Origin: an uncultured Opitutales bacterium
GTDB taxonomy: Bacteria > Verrucomicrobiota > Verrucomicrobiia > Opitutales > Seribacteraceae
Length of the DNA: 64,000 nucleotides
NCBI GenBank assembly: GCA_938091675.1
Contig: CALKMX010000015.1
Location: 2,368-66,367 of the forward strand
Direction: 5' to 3'
The stretch's first letter is position 1, and each line of letters opens with the position of its first letter. The notes beneath the pieces were generated by a model that saw only the letters and a program-made list of their open reading frames with translations, was not told the origin of the DNA and did no database searches. Positions 1-10,126 of this stretch are shown here, piece after piece. Made by a program: the position numbers and the translations under genes.

Positions 1-279
1 TTTAATCCCAAGGATTTCGCTAAGTCTGGGGCGGCCCTAAGTAGGGAAACTTTTTCTCCCAGTTCCCGCTTCAGTCCAATAAGCCGTCTTCCCTGTTGAT
101 TCGAGTAGGTGATCACTCCATTTCGATCCAGCACCAAAATTCCATCCCTAATTACATCAAAGACTGTTTCCAGAAGTTTTCTTTCACGTGCAAGTCTTTG
201 AACTAGATTGCTTAAGTTTACCTCGTCAAGGTCTTCAAGCTTTCCTAGAACTTTATCTAATGGGCTTTTTCTTGGCATG
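1..279 (-). CDS. PAS-domain sensor protein (probable sensor histidine kinase), N-terminal fragment running off the window
   Basis: Not in the ORF track because it has no stop in the window. My reverse-strand translation from the ATG at 279-277 is MPRKSPLDKVLGKLEDLDEVNLSNLVQRLARERKLLETVFDVIRDGILVLDRNGVITYSNQQGRRLIGLKRELGEKVSLLRAAPDLAKSLGL, open to position 1. The DGIxVLDxxGxIxYxNxxxxxLxG pattern is PAS-like. The start overlaps the coaB 3' end by 23 nt. Confidence 0.5.
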
Positions 280-937
280 ATGTGTAAAATACTTTCAAAA
301 TATCTTCTGCTATTTTTGACTTTTCAGAAAGGGGAAAGTTCATTTGTAGCCCATCTGATCTAATTAGAGTAACTTCGTTTTGCTGGGATGAAAACCCCAT
401 CTCGCATTTTGAGACATCATTGGCTACAATCCAGTCAAGTTTCTTTTCCTTAAGCTTTTTTTTAGCAGATACTAAGACATCGTGAGTTTCTGCGGCAAAT
501 CCCACCAGTACTTGGCAATCATTTTTCTTAGAGCCTAAATTTTTAAGAATATCGGGGTTTTTAACAAAAGTTATATTTTCCGGAAACTGACCTTTTCGGA
601 TTTTTTTTTCGTACCTTTCAGCTGGTCTGTGATCACAAACTGCTGCACACATGATTATTAAATTTGCTACTGCAAAATGAGCTTGCATCGCCACTTCCAT
701 TTCTAGGGCTGTCTCTATTTTGACAAGTTCAACACCCTTCGGGCAAGGTAGGGTGACTGGCCCACTAATTAAAGTAACTTTCATACCAAGATCACGAGCA
801 GCCGATGCTAACGCATAGCCCATCATTCCGGATGAAGGGTTTGAGATGAATCTCACTGGGTCTATCCACTCACGCGTTGGACCTGCGGATATTAAGCAAC
901 TTATTGAGGTCTTATTATTCAAAATTGATGGCGACAA
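257..937 (-). CDS. coaB: Phosphopantothenate--cysteine ligase, stand-alone CoaB domain
   Basis: 226 aa. LISAGPTREWIDPVRFISNPSSGMMGYALA matches the start of the CoaB half of bifunctional Dfp/CoaBC. The start codon is TTG. Only 31 nt separate it from the divergent upstream gene, so there is no room for a CoaC flavoprotein domain. Confidence 0.8.
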   Translation of the reverse strand: MSPSILNNKTSISCLISAGPTREWIDPVRFISNPSSGMMGYALASAARDLGMKVTLISGPVTLPCPKGVELVKIETALEMEVAMQAHFAVANLIIMCAAVCDHRPAERYEKKIRKGQFPENITFVKNPDILKNLGSKKNDCQVLVGFAAETHDVLVSAKKKLKEKKLDWIVANDVSKCEMGFSSQQNEVTLIRSDGLQMNFPLSEKSKIAEDILKVFYTSCQEKAH

Positions 938-968
938 ATTTACATGTAAATGATTCCATAAGGATAAG

Positions 969-1736
969 ATGAATGAAAAGGCTCAATCAAACAAAGATAA
1001 ATCCAAAGAAAACTTATTAATCAACTTTGCATTTAATATTATTTTGCCGATTTTGATTTTACGTAAAGGTGATGACTGGTTTGGGGGCTTAATTGGAAAA
1101 GTTGTAAATCAATCAATTGATTCCACGCTCGTTGCCTCGATTCTTTTGGCATTTGCTGTCTCATTTCCTGTTGGTTATGGACTTTATGATTTTGCACGTA
1201 GGAAAAAATGGAACTTCTTCAGTATTCTCGGTGCTATTAGTGCCCTGCTGACTGGGGGTATTGGTTTAATCCCAGGAGGATCCGTAACAATGTTTGCAAT
1301 AAAGGAGGCTGCATTGCCAGCACTACTAGGTCTTTTTACAATCTATACTATCAATACAAAAAGGCCTTTAATTAAAATGCTTTTGTATAATCCGGAGATT
1401 TTTGAAGTGGACAGAATTAATGATCTTTTAAGCAAAAATGGTACGACGGTTCAATTCCATCTTTTACTCACAAAATGTACATGGTTACTTGGGATAACTT
1501 TTATTTTGAGTGCTGCCTTGAACTACTTTCTTGCCCGCCTAATCGTCATCACTGAACCGCATATAGACAAAAATGCATTCAATGATGAAATTGGGGCAAT
1601 GATGGGATGGAGTTTTCCAGTCATTAGCCTACCCAGCATGCTTATAAGCGGATACGCTTTGTGGCTCTTAATTCGGGGGATTAAAAAACTTACCGGGCTA
1701 AATATGGAGGATGCAATGAGGCAAAGATCTGCTTAG
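969..1736 (+). CDS. Polytopic inner-membrane protein of unknown function
   Basis: 255-aa ORF with a charged N-terminus followed by about 6 hydrophobic segments (LLINFAFNIILPILIL, LVASILLAFAVSFPVGYGL, and others). No catalytic motif recognised. Its 3' end overlaps the gltA 3' end convergently by 4 nt. Confidence 0.55.
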   Translation: MNEKAQSNKDKSKENLLINFAFNIILPILILRKGDDWFGGLIGKVVNQSIDSTLVASILLAFAVSFPVGYGLYDFARRKKWNFFSILGAISALLTGGIGLIPGGSVTMFAIKEAALPALLGLFTIYTINTKRPLIKMLLYNPEIFEVDRINDLLSKNGTTVQFHLLLTKCTWLLGITFILSAALNYFLARLIVITEPHIDKNAFNDEIGAMMGWSFPVISLPSMLISGYALWLLIRGIKKLTGLNMEDAMRQRSA

Positions 1737-3016
1737 CGATCTTCTAGCGCAATATATTGCCTAAGGTTTGAGCCTTGATAGATTTGCCTAGGCCGGTGAA
1801 TCCGCTTTCCAGTTTGAGCAATTTCCTTCCAATGGGCCAACCAACCTGGTGCACGACCCATAGCAAATAACACCGTAAACATATTCGTAGGAAAACCAAG
1901 TGCTTGCAAAATTATCCCACTGTAAAAGTCTACATTGGGATATAATTTTCGGTCGATAAAGTAGGGGTCCTGCAGGGCTACCTCTTCTAATCGGCTTGCT
2001 ATATCAAGTATAGGACTATTCAGACCAAGGGCAGCAAGCGCCTCATCGCAAGCTGATTTTAAAATCTTGGCCCGGGGGTCGTAATTTCGGTAAACACGGT
2101 GACCAAATCCCATTAAGCGGGATTTACCATCTTTTGCAGATTGGATGAACTTACTTCCATCATCCCCTGAATTGTGGATGTCATTGAGCATGTTAATGAC
2201 TGCCATGTTGGCACCGCCGTGTAAAGGGCCCCAGAGGGCAGAAACTGCACCAGATAGAGACGCAAATGGATTGGCCCCACCCGAGGCAATCATTCGGCAT
2301 GTAGAGGTTGAGCAGTTCTGCTCATGATCGGCATGTAAGAGAAAGATCAAATCTAATGCCTTACTAAGGGATGGATTAATTGGTGCGTCACCATCCTTTG
2401 CGAACATCATTGAAAGAAAGTTTTCGCAATAATTTAATGAGTTGTTTGGTGGGCAGAGATTATCCTTGGTTTTTTGGCGATGAGTAGCTGCAGCTATGGC
2501 AGGCAAAGCTGCAATAATGAGAGCTGCGGCATCGTCAAAATTCTCCAAATCCTTTGCTCGATCATTGGTGCAGAGATGAGAACATGCACCTCCCAGAGCA
2601 TGCAGGCCGGAAGCCAGTGAGCCCATAGGATGGGTGCTTGGGGGAACAGATTGTACGGCATGCAAAACTTCTGATGGAAGATTCTGAAAGCTTGAAATTT
2701 TATCTTCAAACTCAGAAAGCTTGCGAGCTGTCGGAAGCTCGCCATCTAGTAAAAGAAGGCAAACCTCTAGAAAGTTGGACTTCTGGGCGAGTTCGGAAAT
2801 ATCGTATCCGCGATAACGTAAAATGCCTTTATCACCATCAATAAATGTAACTGTACTTTCGCAGGAACCCGTGTTTCCGTAGCCATCATCATAAGTGATT
2901 AGACCGCTATCTTTACGCATTTGCCTGATATCCAATGCTTTTTCTCCCTCTGTTCCGGTGAGAATATTTATTGGGTAGTTGGAATCACCAAAAGTAAGGG
3001 TAGCTGTGTCAGACAT
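1733..3016 (-). CDS. gltA: Citrate synthase (type II)
   Basis: 427 aa. GILRYRGYDI, GPLHGGAN and GFGHRVYRNYDPRA are citrate synthase signatures. ATG start. Confidence 0.93.
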   Translation of the reverse strand: MSDTATLTFGDSNYPINILTGTEGEKALDIRQMRKDSGLITYDDGYGNTGSCESTVTFIDGDKGILRYRGYDISELAQKSNFLEVCLLLLDGELPTARKLSEFEDKISSFQNLPSEVLHAVQSVPPSTHPMGSLASGLHALGGACSHLCTNDRAKDLENFDDAAALIIAALPAIAAATHRQKTKDNLCPPNNSLNYCENFLSMMFAKDGDAPINPSLSKALDLIFLLHADHEQNCSTSTCRMIASGGANPFASLSGAVSALWGPLHGGANMAVINMLNDIHNSGDDGSKFIQSAKDGKSRLMGFGHRVYRNYDPRAKILKSACDEALAALGLNSPILDIASRLEEVALQDPYFIDRKLYPNVDFYSGIILQALGFPTNMFTVLFAMGRAPGWLAHWKEIAQTGKRIHRPRQIYQGSNLRQYIALEDR

Positions 3017-3064
3017 GATCGAATTGGAGGGTAAAAATGGGATTAAAGAATAGTTGTGCCACTT

Positions 3065-3691
3065 CTAACAAATATTTTCAAGAAAGTTTCGGTAGAGCTG
3101 TATTCCCTTCGCCTGACTTTTTTCAGGATGAAATTGGGTGGCAATACAGTTTTGGGAAATAATTCCGCTGATAAAAGTCCCGCCATAATCTGATTTTAAC
3201 AAGTGTATTCGGGGGTCATTTGATTCAACATGATAGCTATGTACAAAATAAAATTGATCGCTTTCTGAAATACTTTTTATTGCCCAATGGTCCTGTGCTA
3301 AATCCCACTGGACTTCATTCCAGCCCATGTGGGGCACTTTTAGATGAGATGCTGTGGAAAAGCGTACTGCTTTTCCTTTAAATATTCCTAATCCTGGCAG
3401 ATCTCCTTCCTCTGAAGCTTCGAAAAGGACTTGTAAACCCAAACAAATTCCAAAAAAGGGACGGTTATCTGAAATCCAAGACTTTAGGAATCTGTCCAAG
3501 CCAGATTTCCTTAAACTTGCCATACAATTATCATAGCTGCCCTGACCAGGGAAGATGATCGCCTCTGCATCTTGAACTTCTTGTGGTCTTTGTGCCAGAA
3601 ATACCTTGGCGTTAAGATGCTCAAATGCTTTTACAACGCTGCGTAAATTTCCAGTTCCGTAATCAACTACCGCTAATTTGCGGACATTCAC
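3065..3691 (-). CDS. hisH: Imidazole glycerol phosphate synthase, glutamine amidotransferase subunit HisH
   Basis: LAVVDYGTGNLRSV, the nucleophile motif GICLGLQ, and QFHPEKS. The ORF in the track extends to 3754 and overlaps hisB. I place the start at the GTG at 3691 (MNVRKLAVVDYG), 19 nt after the hisB stop. Confidence 0.85.
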   Translation of the reverse strand: MNVRKLAVVDYGTGNLRSVVKAFEHLNAKVFLAQRPQEVQDAEAIIFPGQGSYDNCMASLRKSGLDRFLKSWISDNRPFFGICLGLQVLFEASEEGDLPGLGIFKGKAVRFSTASHLKVPHMGWNEVQWDLAQDHWAIKSISESDQFYFVHSYHVESNDPRIHLLKSDYGGTFISGIISQNCIATQFHPEKSQAKGIQLYRNFLENIC

Positions 3692-3710
3692 AAAATAAAA
3701 CTTATTGGTT

Positions 3711-4313
3711 CTAGACTGAAAGGGTGCCTTTAGTTGAGGGAACTTTCCCCTCAAGGCGTGGCTCTATGGCAGTAGCCATATCCAAGCATTTTGCGAGCGA
3801 TTTAAAGATTCCTTCGGCCACATGGTGAGGCTCGTCTCCATGCTCCAAACGAATATGCAAATTGCAGGCAACCTCGTTAGCAAAAGATTGGAAGAATTCT
3901 TTTAGCATTTGGATATTAAAATCTCTGACTAAATTATTTTTTACCAGAACTTCCCAATGTAAATAAGGTCGGTTAGATAGGTCCACAGCAGTTGAGACTA
4001 AAGCCTCGTCCATCGGTGCCACAAAAAAGCCATATCGCCTTATTCCGGATTTATCCCCCAATGCTTTTGAGAATGCCTGACCTAGAGAGATTCCGAGGTC
4101 TTCAACCAAATGATGATAATCAATTTCGATATCACCTTTAGCTAGTACCTTTAGATCAAAAAATCCATGTTTAGAAAAAAGCTCAAGCATATGATCAAGA
4201 AAAGGAATCCCTGTGGAAATTTCGTTTTTTCCGCTCCCGTCAATCGAAAGCTCCAATGAGACTTGTGTCTCAGTTGTATTTCTTTCTATCGTAACAATTC
4301 TTTTCTGATCCAT
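3711..4313 (-). CDS. hisB: Imidazoleglycerol-phosphate dehydratase (monofunctional, no phosphatase domain)
   Basis: 200 aa. [20 protein letters not shown] and [16 protein letters not shown] are IGPD motifs. The length excludes the HAD phosphatase domain of bifunctional HisB. Confidence 0.92.
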   Translation of the reverse strand: MDQKRIVTIERNTTETQVSLELSIDGSGKNEISTGIPFLDHMLELFSKHGFFDLKVLAKGDIEIDYHHLVEDLGISLGQAFSKALGDKSGIRRYGFFVAPMDEALVSTAVDLSNRPYLHWEVLVKNNLVRDFNIQMLKEFFQSFANEVACNLHIRLEHGDEPHHVAEGIFKSLAKCLDMATAIEPRLEGKVPSTKGTLSV

Positions 4314-5386
4314 GACTTAATTGATTCCAATAAGATAACCATCTCTTCTTCATTGCCAATACTGATTCTTAAGAAGGAATTGGTAAGAATATGCTTAGGG
4401 AAATATCGAACTAATATCTTATTTTCTTCTAAATGTTGGAACAATGATAAGGCAACTTCACTTCCCACAATACCGTTATGGTTTTTTGGTTCAACAAATA
4501 TGAAATTGGCTCCAGAGGGAATGTAGCTCCAACCAAAATCAGCAAGTATTTTGCAAAACTGCTCCCGTTGCTCGATAATTTTTGCGATGTTACGGTTGAA
4601 ATAATCACGGTCCTCTAGTGCAGCAATGGCAGCTACTTGTGCCAATCGATCCAGGTTATAGACTTCTCGCACCTTATCCAGTTGTTCTATTATTTGGGTG
4701 CTACCCATAGCATATCCAACGCGCAAACCCGCCAACGAATAAGACTTGGAGAGAGTACGAGTAATCACTAAATTTTCATACTCATTCAGCAAGCCGACCG
4801 CATTTTGATCCGAAAAATCGGCATAAGCTTCGTCGACCACTAAAAGTCCCGGGAAACCTTTCAAAATGGATCGAAGTTCATCAATGGCATAGACTCTGCC
4901 ACTAGGTGCATGCGGATTAGTTAGAAAAAATAGATTCGCTCCACTTGTTGATATATCTTCGGGCTTTAATAAAAATTGGTTGTCGCTAAATGGAATTCGA
5001 ATCATTTCGCTTCCTTGAACACCAGTCAGAACTTCGTAAAGCGAGTAACTGGGATACAGCATCCCTACTTTTAAGACATCATCCGAGAAACACCGGACAC
5101 ACAGGTTTAAGAGATCGTCCGATCCATTCCCAACAATAATTTGAGAAGGATTTAAGCCATGCAGGTTTGCAATCACTCGGCGAAGATTGTTGGAGCGGGG
5201 ATTGGGATACAAGTTTAGGAGAGGAACTTCCTTAACAATGGCATCCAAAACCAAGGCACTCGGAGGATAGGGGTTCTCGTTTGTGTTAAGTTTAATTACC
5301 CCCTGGTTGCCTATCGGTTGTTCTCCTGGCGAATAAGCCAAATGACCACTAAGCCTCTTGCTTACCCGCAAGTGCTTTTCATTCAT
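4286..5386 (-). CDS. hisC: Histidinol-phosphate aminotransferase
   Basis: 366 aa. [10 protein letters not shown], and the PLP-lysine context [15 protein letters not shown]. Sits between hisD and hisB. Confidence 0.9.
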   Translation of the reverse strand: MNEKHLRVSKRLSGHLAYSPGEQPIGNQGVIKLNTNENPYPPSALVLDAIVKEVPLLNLYPNPRSNNLRRVIANLHGLNPSQIIVGNGSDDLLNLCVRCFSDDVLKVGMLYPSYSLYEVLTGVQGSEMIRIPFSDNQFLLKPEDISTSGANLFFLTNPHAPSGRVYAIDELRSILKGFPGLLVVDEAYADFSDQNAVGLLNEYENLVITRTLSKSYSLAGLRVGYAMGSTQIIEQLDKVREVYNLDRLAQVAAIAALEDRDYFNRNIAKIIEQREQFCKILADFGWSYIPSGANFIFVEPKNHNGIVGSEVALSLFQHLEENKILVRYFPKHILTNSFLRISIGNEEEMVILLESIKSWIRKELLR

Positions 5387-6705
5387 TGGTTTGAAAACGG
5401 ACGATTAGATAGTGTCCTTAACTTATGGGCATGTCCATGTGCATCCAGTTTTTCCATTGATGCAAACTGTTCAATGGCATGGGACGCTTTGTGACAAGCC
5501 TCTGAATCATATCGGATGTAACTGCTTCTGCGAAGAAAGTCCTGTAAGCGCAACCCTGATGAAAAGCGGGAGGATCGACCTGTTGGCAAGACATGGCTGG
5601 GTCCAGCCGCAAAGTCACCGACAGATGTTGGGGTTTCATGACCAACAAGAAATGCCCCCGCTGTCGTAATTTCCTTGAGATAATAATCGGATGCTTCCGG
5701 TCTTACCTGTAGTTCTAGATGTTCTGGTGCAATGTAATTTGCAACCTTGGCTATTCGTTCACGATTAGGTAGGAAAACTGCCAAAAAGCCAGATTCAAGT
5801 ACATTACGAATCGAATCCTTGTGCGTACAATTAACTAACTGATTATCTATTTCCTGAACGATTTCTGGAAAAAGCTTTTTATCTTGAAATAAAAGATAAA
5901 TCTTTTCTTTTCCTGAGCCATGCTCTGCTTGTGCCAAAAGTGCAGCAGCTACAAATGCTGGATTGGCACTACTATCAGCAATTACCATGACTTCACTTGG
6001 TCCTGGTAATAAATCGATGCCCACCTCACCAAAGACCTGCCTTTTGGCTTCATTTACAAAAGCGTTCCCTGGTCCAAAGATCTTATCCACAGGCCGGATT
6101 GTTTCTGATCCGTAGGCTAAGGCTCCGATTGCTTGAGCACCTCCTATTTTATAAACTTCATTAATTCCTGATAACTCTAAAGCCGCCAACAGAAAGGGGG
6201 AAATTTCACCTTTTTGATTGGGGGGGGTTGTTACCGCAATTTCAGAAACTCCGGCAACTTTTGCCAGGATAACTGTCATTATGACCGTTGAAACCAAAGG
6301 TACCTGTCCGCCGGGCACATAAATACCTACGCGGTTGATTGGGTAGTACAGCTCGCCCACAACCCCACCGTGCAGATTTTCCTTTTGCCAATTTTGGGGA
6401 TAACTTTGCTTGTGAAATTCGGTAACATTGGAGATAGCTTCTTCCAAAGCTTGCGTTTGCTCAGGAGACAGTGACAAAAGCGAGTCTGTTAGTTCCTCAG
6501 GCTTGATCGAAATTTCATCAACAGAAAGAGAGACCCCATCATAAAGTAATGTTTTTTTGAGGATAGCCTCGTTACCACCTCTCTTCACAAAATCTAAAAT
6601 CTCAGTTACAGTAGAACTGATTTTAGAATCTGCACCAGCAGCAGGTATAAATGATTTCAGGCGATCATAAAGATCTTCACTATCCTCTATGAAAGTCTGG
6701 TTCAC
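5383..6705 (-). CDS. hisD: Histidinol dehydrogenase
   Basis: 440 aa. GPGNAFVNEAKRQVFG, AQAEHG, and C-terminal DAHGHA. GTG start 4 nt after the guaA stop. Confidence 0.92.
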   Translation of the reverse strand: MNQTFIEDSEDLYDRLKSFIPAAGADSKISSTVTEILDFVKRGGNEAILKKTLLYDGVSLSVDEISIKPEELTDSLLSLSPEQTQALEEAISNVTEFHKQSYPQNWQKENLHGGVVGELYYPINRVGIYVPGGQVPLVSTVIMTVILAKVAGVSEIAVTTPPNQKGEISPFLLAALELSGINEVYKIGGAQAIGALAYGSETIRPVDKIFGPGNAFVNEAKRQVFGEVGIDLLPGPSEVMVIADSSANPAFVAAALLAQAEHGSGKEKIYLLFQDKKLFPEIVQEIDNQLVNCTHKDSIRNVLESGFLAVFLPNRERIAKVANYIAPEHLELQVRPEASDYYLKEITTAGAFLVGHETPTSVGDFAAGPSHVLPTGRSSRFSSGLRLQDFLRRSSYIRYDSEACHKASHAIEQFASMEKLDAHGHAHKLRTLSNRPFSNQ

Positions 6706-6709
6706 CTAG

Positions 6710-8248
6710 TCACTCCCACTCAATAGTGCTTGGAGGTTTGGAGCTTATATCATAGGCAACGCGGTTTGCCCCTTTCACTTCATTGATGATTCTGCTAGAA
6801 ACTTTTCTAAGTAAGGCATCAGGTAATTTTGCCCAATCTGCAGTCATGGCGTCACTACTAGTAACAGCACGAAGGCAAATTACATTTTCATAGGTTCTTT
6901 CATCTCCCATTACGCCAACACTACGGATTGGTAAAAATACACAAAATGCCTGCCACAACTTTGCGTACCATCCCGAATTCCGAAGCTCCTGGATAAAAAT
7001 AGCATCTGCCTGCCTCAAAATATTTAAACGCTTATTTGTAAGATCACCAATTACCCGAACACCCAGTCCTGGCCCAGGAAAAGGATGACGGTTAATCACA
7101 TTATCGGGCAAACCCAACTTCTTGCCCAGAAGACGAACTTCATCCTTGAATAATTCACGTAGTGGTTCGAGCAGCTTTAGCTTCATCTTATCTGGTAGAC
7201 CACCCACATTGTGATGACTTTTAATTAAGGCCGCAGGGTTTCCTCCTATTGGCACACTTTCAATCACATCTGGATAAAGCGTCCCTTGAGCAAGAAAATC
7301 GACATCGCCAAGGCTTTTTACTTCTTTATCGAAGACATCGATAAATGTTTTTCCGATAATTTTTCGTTTTCTTTCTGGGTCAGAAACGCCCTTAAGTTTG
7401 GTTAAAAATAATTTTCCTGCCTTCGCAACCCGTAGTTTTCCTGGAATATGGTCATTAAATAATTTAATAACCTCGTTCCTCTCGTTTTGACGCAACAATC
7501 CATTGTCTACAAAAATTGAAGTTAATTGTTTACCAATAGCCCGGTCAATCAAAGCAGCTGCCACACTCGAATCCACACCGCCACTGAGACCAAGAATAAC
7601 CCGTTTCGAGCCAACTTGTTGACGAATTCGTTCCACCGAAGTTTCAATAAAATCTCCCATATCCCAGTCTGCTTTACATTTACATATGGAGAATAAAAAG
7701 TTTTTGATAACCTCAACGCCTAGTTGAGAATGTTCGACTTCGGGGTGAAACTGTAATCCAAAGAATTTTCTTTTTGAATCTTCTATTGCTGAAAATTGGG
7801 AATTCTCGGTACAAGCAATCCCTTGAAATCCTTTGGGGATTTTCACAATGGCATCACCATGGGAATTCCAAACGGTTAAACTTTTGGGAAGTCCATTAAA
7901 TAGCTTGCCAGCTTTAGTAATGATTAATTCGCTTCGGCCATACTCTCTCCGTTCACACTTCTTAACCTCACCTCCCAGCAATTTACCCATCAATTGTAGA
8001 CCGTAACAAATACCTAAAATTGGTACTCCCAATGAGAAGATTTGTTTATGGGGTAGGGGTGCTCCCTTCGAAAGAACGCTTGCAGGGCCTCCTGACAAGA
8101 TAATGCCCACTGGATTTGCTGCTTTAATAGCGTTGAGTGAACTGTTGTGAGGGAGTACCTGTGAATATACGCTCTGCTCGCGAATACGCCGTGCAATTAC
8201 TTGGGTATACTGCGAACCAAAATCGAGAACCAAAATAGTTTGGGCCAT
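6710..8248 (-). CDS. guaA: GMP synthase (glutamine-hydrolysing)
   Basis: 512 aa. GATase GICYGLQ, PP-loop LSGGVDSSV, and the C-terminal PPSTIEWE typical of GuaA. Confidence 0.95.
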   Translation of the reverse strand: MAQTILVLDFGSQYTQVIARRIREQSVYSQVLPHNSSLNAIKAANPVGIILSGGPASVLSKGAPLPHKQIFSLGVPILGICYGLQLMGKLLGGEVKKCERREYGRSELIITKAGKLFNGLPKSLTVWNSHGDAIVKIPKGFQGIACTENSQFSAIEDSKRKFFGLQFHPEVEHSQLGVEVIKNFLFSICKCKADWDMGDFIETSVERIRQQVGSKRVILGLSGGVDSSVAAALIDRAIGKQLTSIFVDNGLLRQNERNEVIKLFNDHIPGKLRVAKAGKLFLTKLKGVSDPERKRKIIGKTFIDVFDKEVKSLGDVDFLAQGTLYPDVIESVPIGGNPAALIKSHHNVGGLPDKMKLKLLEPLRELFKDEVRLLGKKLGLPDNVINRHPFPGPGLGVRVIGDLTNKRLNILRQADAIFIQELRNSGWYAKLWQAFCVFLPIRSVGVMGDERTYENVICLRAVTSSDAMTADWAKLPDALLRKVSSRIINEVKGANRVAYDISSKPPSTIEWE

Positions 8249-8357
8249 GAAATAATGTGAAATAAAATTAGAAAAGGGATTGTTTTGTAAAAGGAAACAA
8301 AAGCCCCTGCAACCCCTATTCTAAGTGGTTAAGATAAATTAACAAACCAACTTGGAT

Positions 8358-8375
8358 GGAGCAACGCGTTGCTCC
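8358..8375. promoter_or_regulatory. Perfect 18-bp palindrome GGAGCAACGCGTTGCTCC between rplQ and guaA (stem-loop or dimeric-regulator site)
   Basis: Read directly from the sequence. It lies 35 nt after the rplQ stop and 109 nt before the guaA start. On the minus-strand RNA the U-rich run precedes the hairpin rather than following it, so it is not a canonical intrinsic terminator. Confidence 0.35.
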
Positions 8376-8410
8376 GAATAAATAAAAAACTAAGCAGTTA
8401 AGAAGACAGG

Positions 8411-9058
8411 TTACTTCTTCTCTTCATCCTTATCAGAGGTTTCGTGTTCGTTTTCTGCTAAGGTATTGTCCTCTTCTGAATTAGCAGGTGAAACATCGCC
8501 TGATTCATTGGTTAGCTCGCTTGAATCGCCATCATTCGAAGGGGACTCAAGGCTTGCTGATATCTCGGAAGAATTTTCAGATGAGTCTTCATCTGTGGAA
8601 ACCTCTTGAGGGGCGGATTCTTTCTTTGATGATTTTTTAGGGGCTGCTTTCTTTTTCTTTGCCTTCTTCTTTGGGGCTTCCTCAACAAACTCGATTAGGG
8701 CCATATCTGCAGCATCTCCAAGTCTTGGAATAGCCAACTTGTAAATTCGGGTGTAACCTCCACTACGTCCTATAAATTGCTCTACGAGTTCGTCGAATAA
8801 TTTAGCCACAGCTTTTTTATTGCGAATTTTGGCTATCGCGAGTCTGCGATAATGAATCTTTCGGGCATTATCGTCACTTTGATGAGCTTTCTTGGCTAAG
8901 GTGATAATTTTTTCCACAGCAGGTCGTAATGCCCTAGCTTTTGCCAATGTGGTTTTAATTCGGCCATGCTCAATTAAGGAACATGAAAGGTTGGCCACCA
9001 ATGAAACTCGATGGGCTGATTTGACTCCCAACTGATGATTATGCTTACGGTGTCTCAT
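8411..9058 (-). CDS. rplQ: 50S ribosomal protein L17 with an 88-aa charged C-terminal extension
   Basis: The MRHRKHNHQLG...GGYTRIYKL core equals L17. Residues 128-215 are a K-rich then D/E/S-rich tail. Confidence 0.93.
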   Translation of the reverse strand: MRHRKHNHQLGVKSAHRVSLVANLSCSLIEHGRIKTTLAKARALRPAVEKIITLAKKAHQSDDNARKIHYRRLAIAKIRNKKAVAKLFDELVEQFIGRSGGYTRIYKLAIPRLGDAADMALIEFVEEAPKKKAKKKKAAPKKSSKKESAPQEVSTDEDSSENSSEISASLESPSNDGDSSELTNESGDVSPANSEEDNTLAENEHETSDKDEEKK

Positions 9059-9097
9059 GGAGATGGTTGTTTGGAAATTGGTTGTGGAGGTTTGAAG

Positions 9098-10096
9098 TTA
9101 GTTGGTTGCGGATTCAAGGAGACGATTTTCAAACTTCATACCAAGTGAAAGCCCAAGTTGCTCGAGCTTCGCTTTGATTTCGTTCAATGATTTCTTGCCA
9201 AAATTTCGGTACTTGAGCATTTCAGGCTCAGATTTGGTCGCCAGTTCTCCTACCGTAGTGATATTCGCATTATTGAGACAATTCGCAGCCCTGACTGAAA
9301 GTTCGATCTCGTTAACACTCATACCAAGGAGATTCTTAAGCCTGTTTTGCTCCTCACTTACTTGCTTTGTATTACTCTCAAACTCAATTTGTTCTTCGCT
9401 GATTTGGTCAAATACATCGAGGTGATGGCGAAGAATTGCGGCTGATTGCTTTAAGGCGTCCTCTGGGGTTATTCGTCCATCAGTATGAATCTCCAAAATA
9501 AGCTTGTCGTAATCAGTCATTTGACCAACCCGAGTATTTTGTACATCATACTTAACCAACTTTACAGGACTGTATAGTGCATCGACATTAATCATTCCAA
9601 TTGGTTGGTTATCTTGCTTGCTATCCTCGCCCAAGCAAAACCCGCGACCGACCGTAACATCCATTTCTGCAAAAACTCGTTGTTTGCGATCAGTGGTAAG
9701 GATTACCTGTTCTGGATTGATAATTTCAATTCCCTCGACTGGAGAAATGTCACCCGCGGTGATTTCCCCCTCCTTCTCAATGTCTAAAGTGATAACCTGT
9801 GCCTCGGACTTGTGATTAATGATGAGCACTTTCTTGAGATTTAAAACGATATCAGTCACATCCTCCACGATGCCATCCAAGCTTTGGAATTCGTGCTGTA
9901 CACCATCCAGTTTGAGGGAAGATATCGCTGCCCCCTCAATGGAGCTAAGCAAAACACGTCGGAAAGCGTTTCCGATGGTATGTCCGTAACCTGTCTCAAA
10001 AGGATCTGCAATAAACTTTGCAAACTTATCGGTAGCAGTTTCTTCTTCCTTGATTAAACGATTGGGGAGTTCGAATTTTCCAAGTCTTGTAGCCAT
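9098..10096 (-). CDS. rpoA: DNA-directed RNA polymerase subunit alpha
   Basis: 332 aa. GYGHTIGNAFRRVLLSSI in the N-terminal domain, and the C-terminal-domain motif ELSVRAANCL. Position between rpsD and rplQ. Confidence 0.95.
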   Translation of the reverse strand: MATRLGKFELPNRLIKEEETATDKFAKFIADPFETGYGHTIGNAFRRVLLSSIEGAAISSLKLDGVQHEFQSLDGIVEDVTDIVLNLKKVLIINHKSEAQVITLDIEKEGEITAGDISPVEGIEIINPEQVILTTDRKQRVFAEMDVTVGRGFCLGEDSKQDNQPIGMINVDALYSPVKLVKYDVQNTRVGQMTDYDKLILEIHTDGRITPEDALKQSAAILRHHLDVFDQISEEQIEFESNTKQVSEEQNRLKNLLGMSVNEIELSVRAANCLNNANITTVGELATKSEPEMLKYRNFGKKSLNEIKAKLEQLGLSLGMKFENRLLESATN

Positions 10097-10126
10097 GGTA
10101 TGTATCGGTTATGAATAGTGTTAAAT

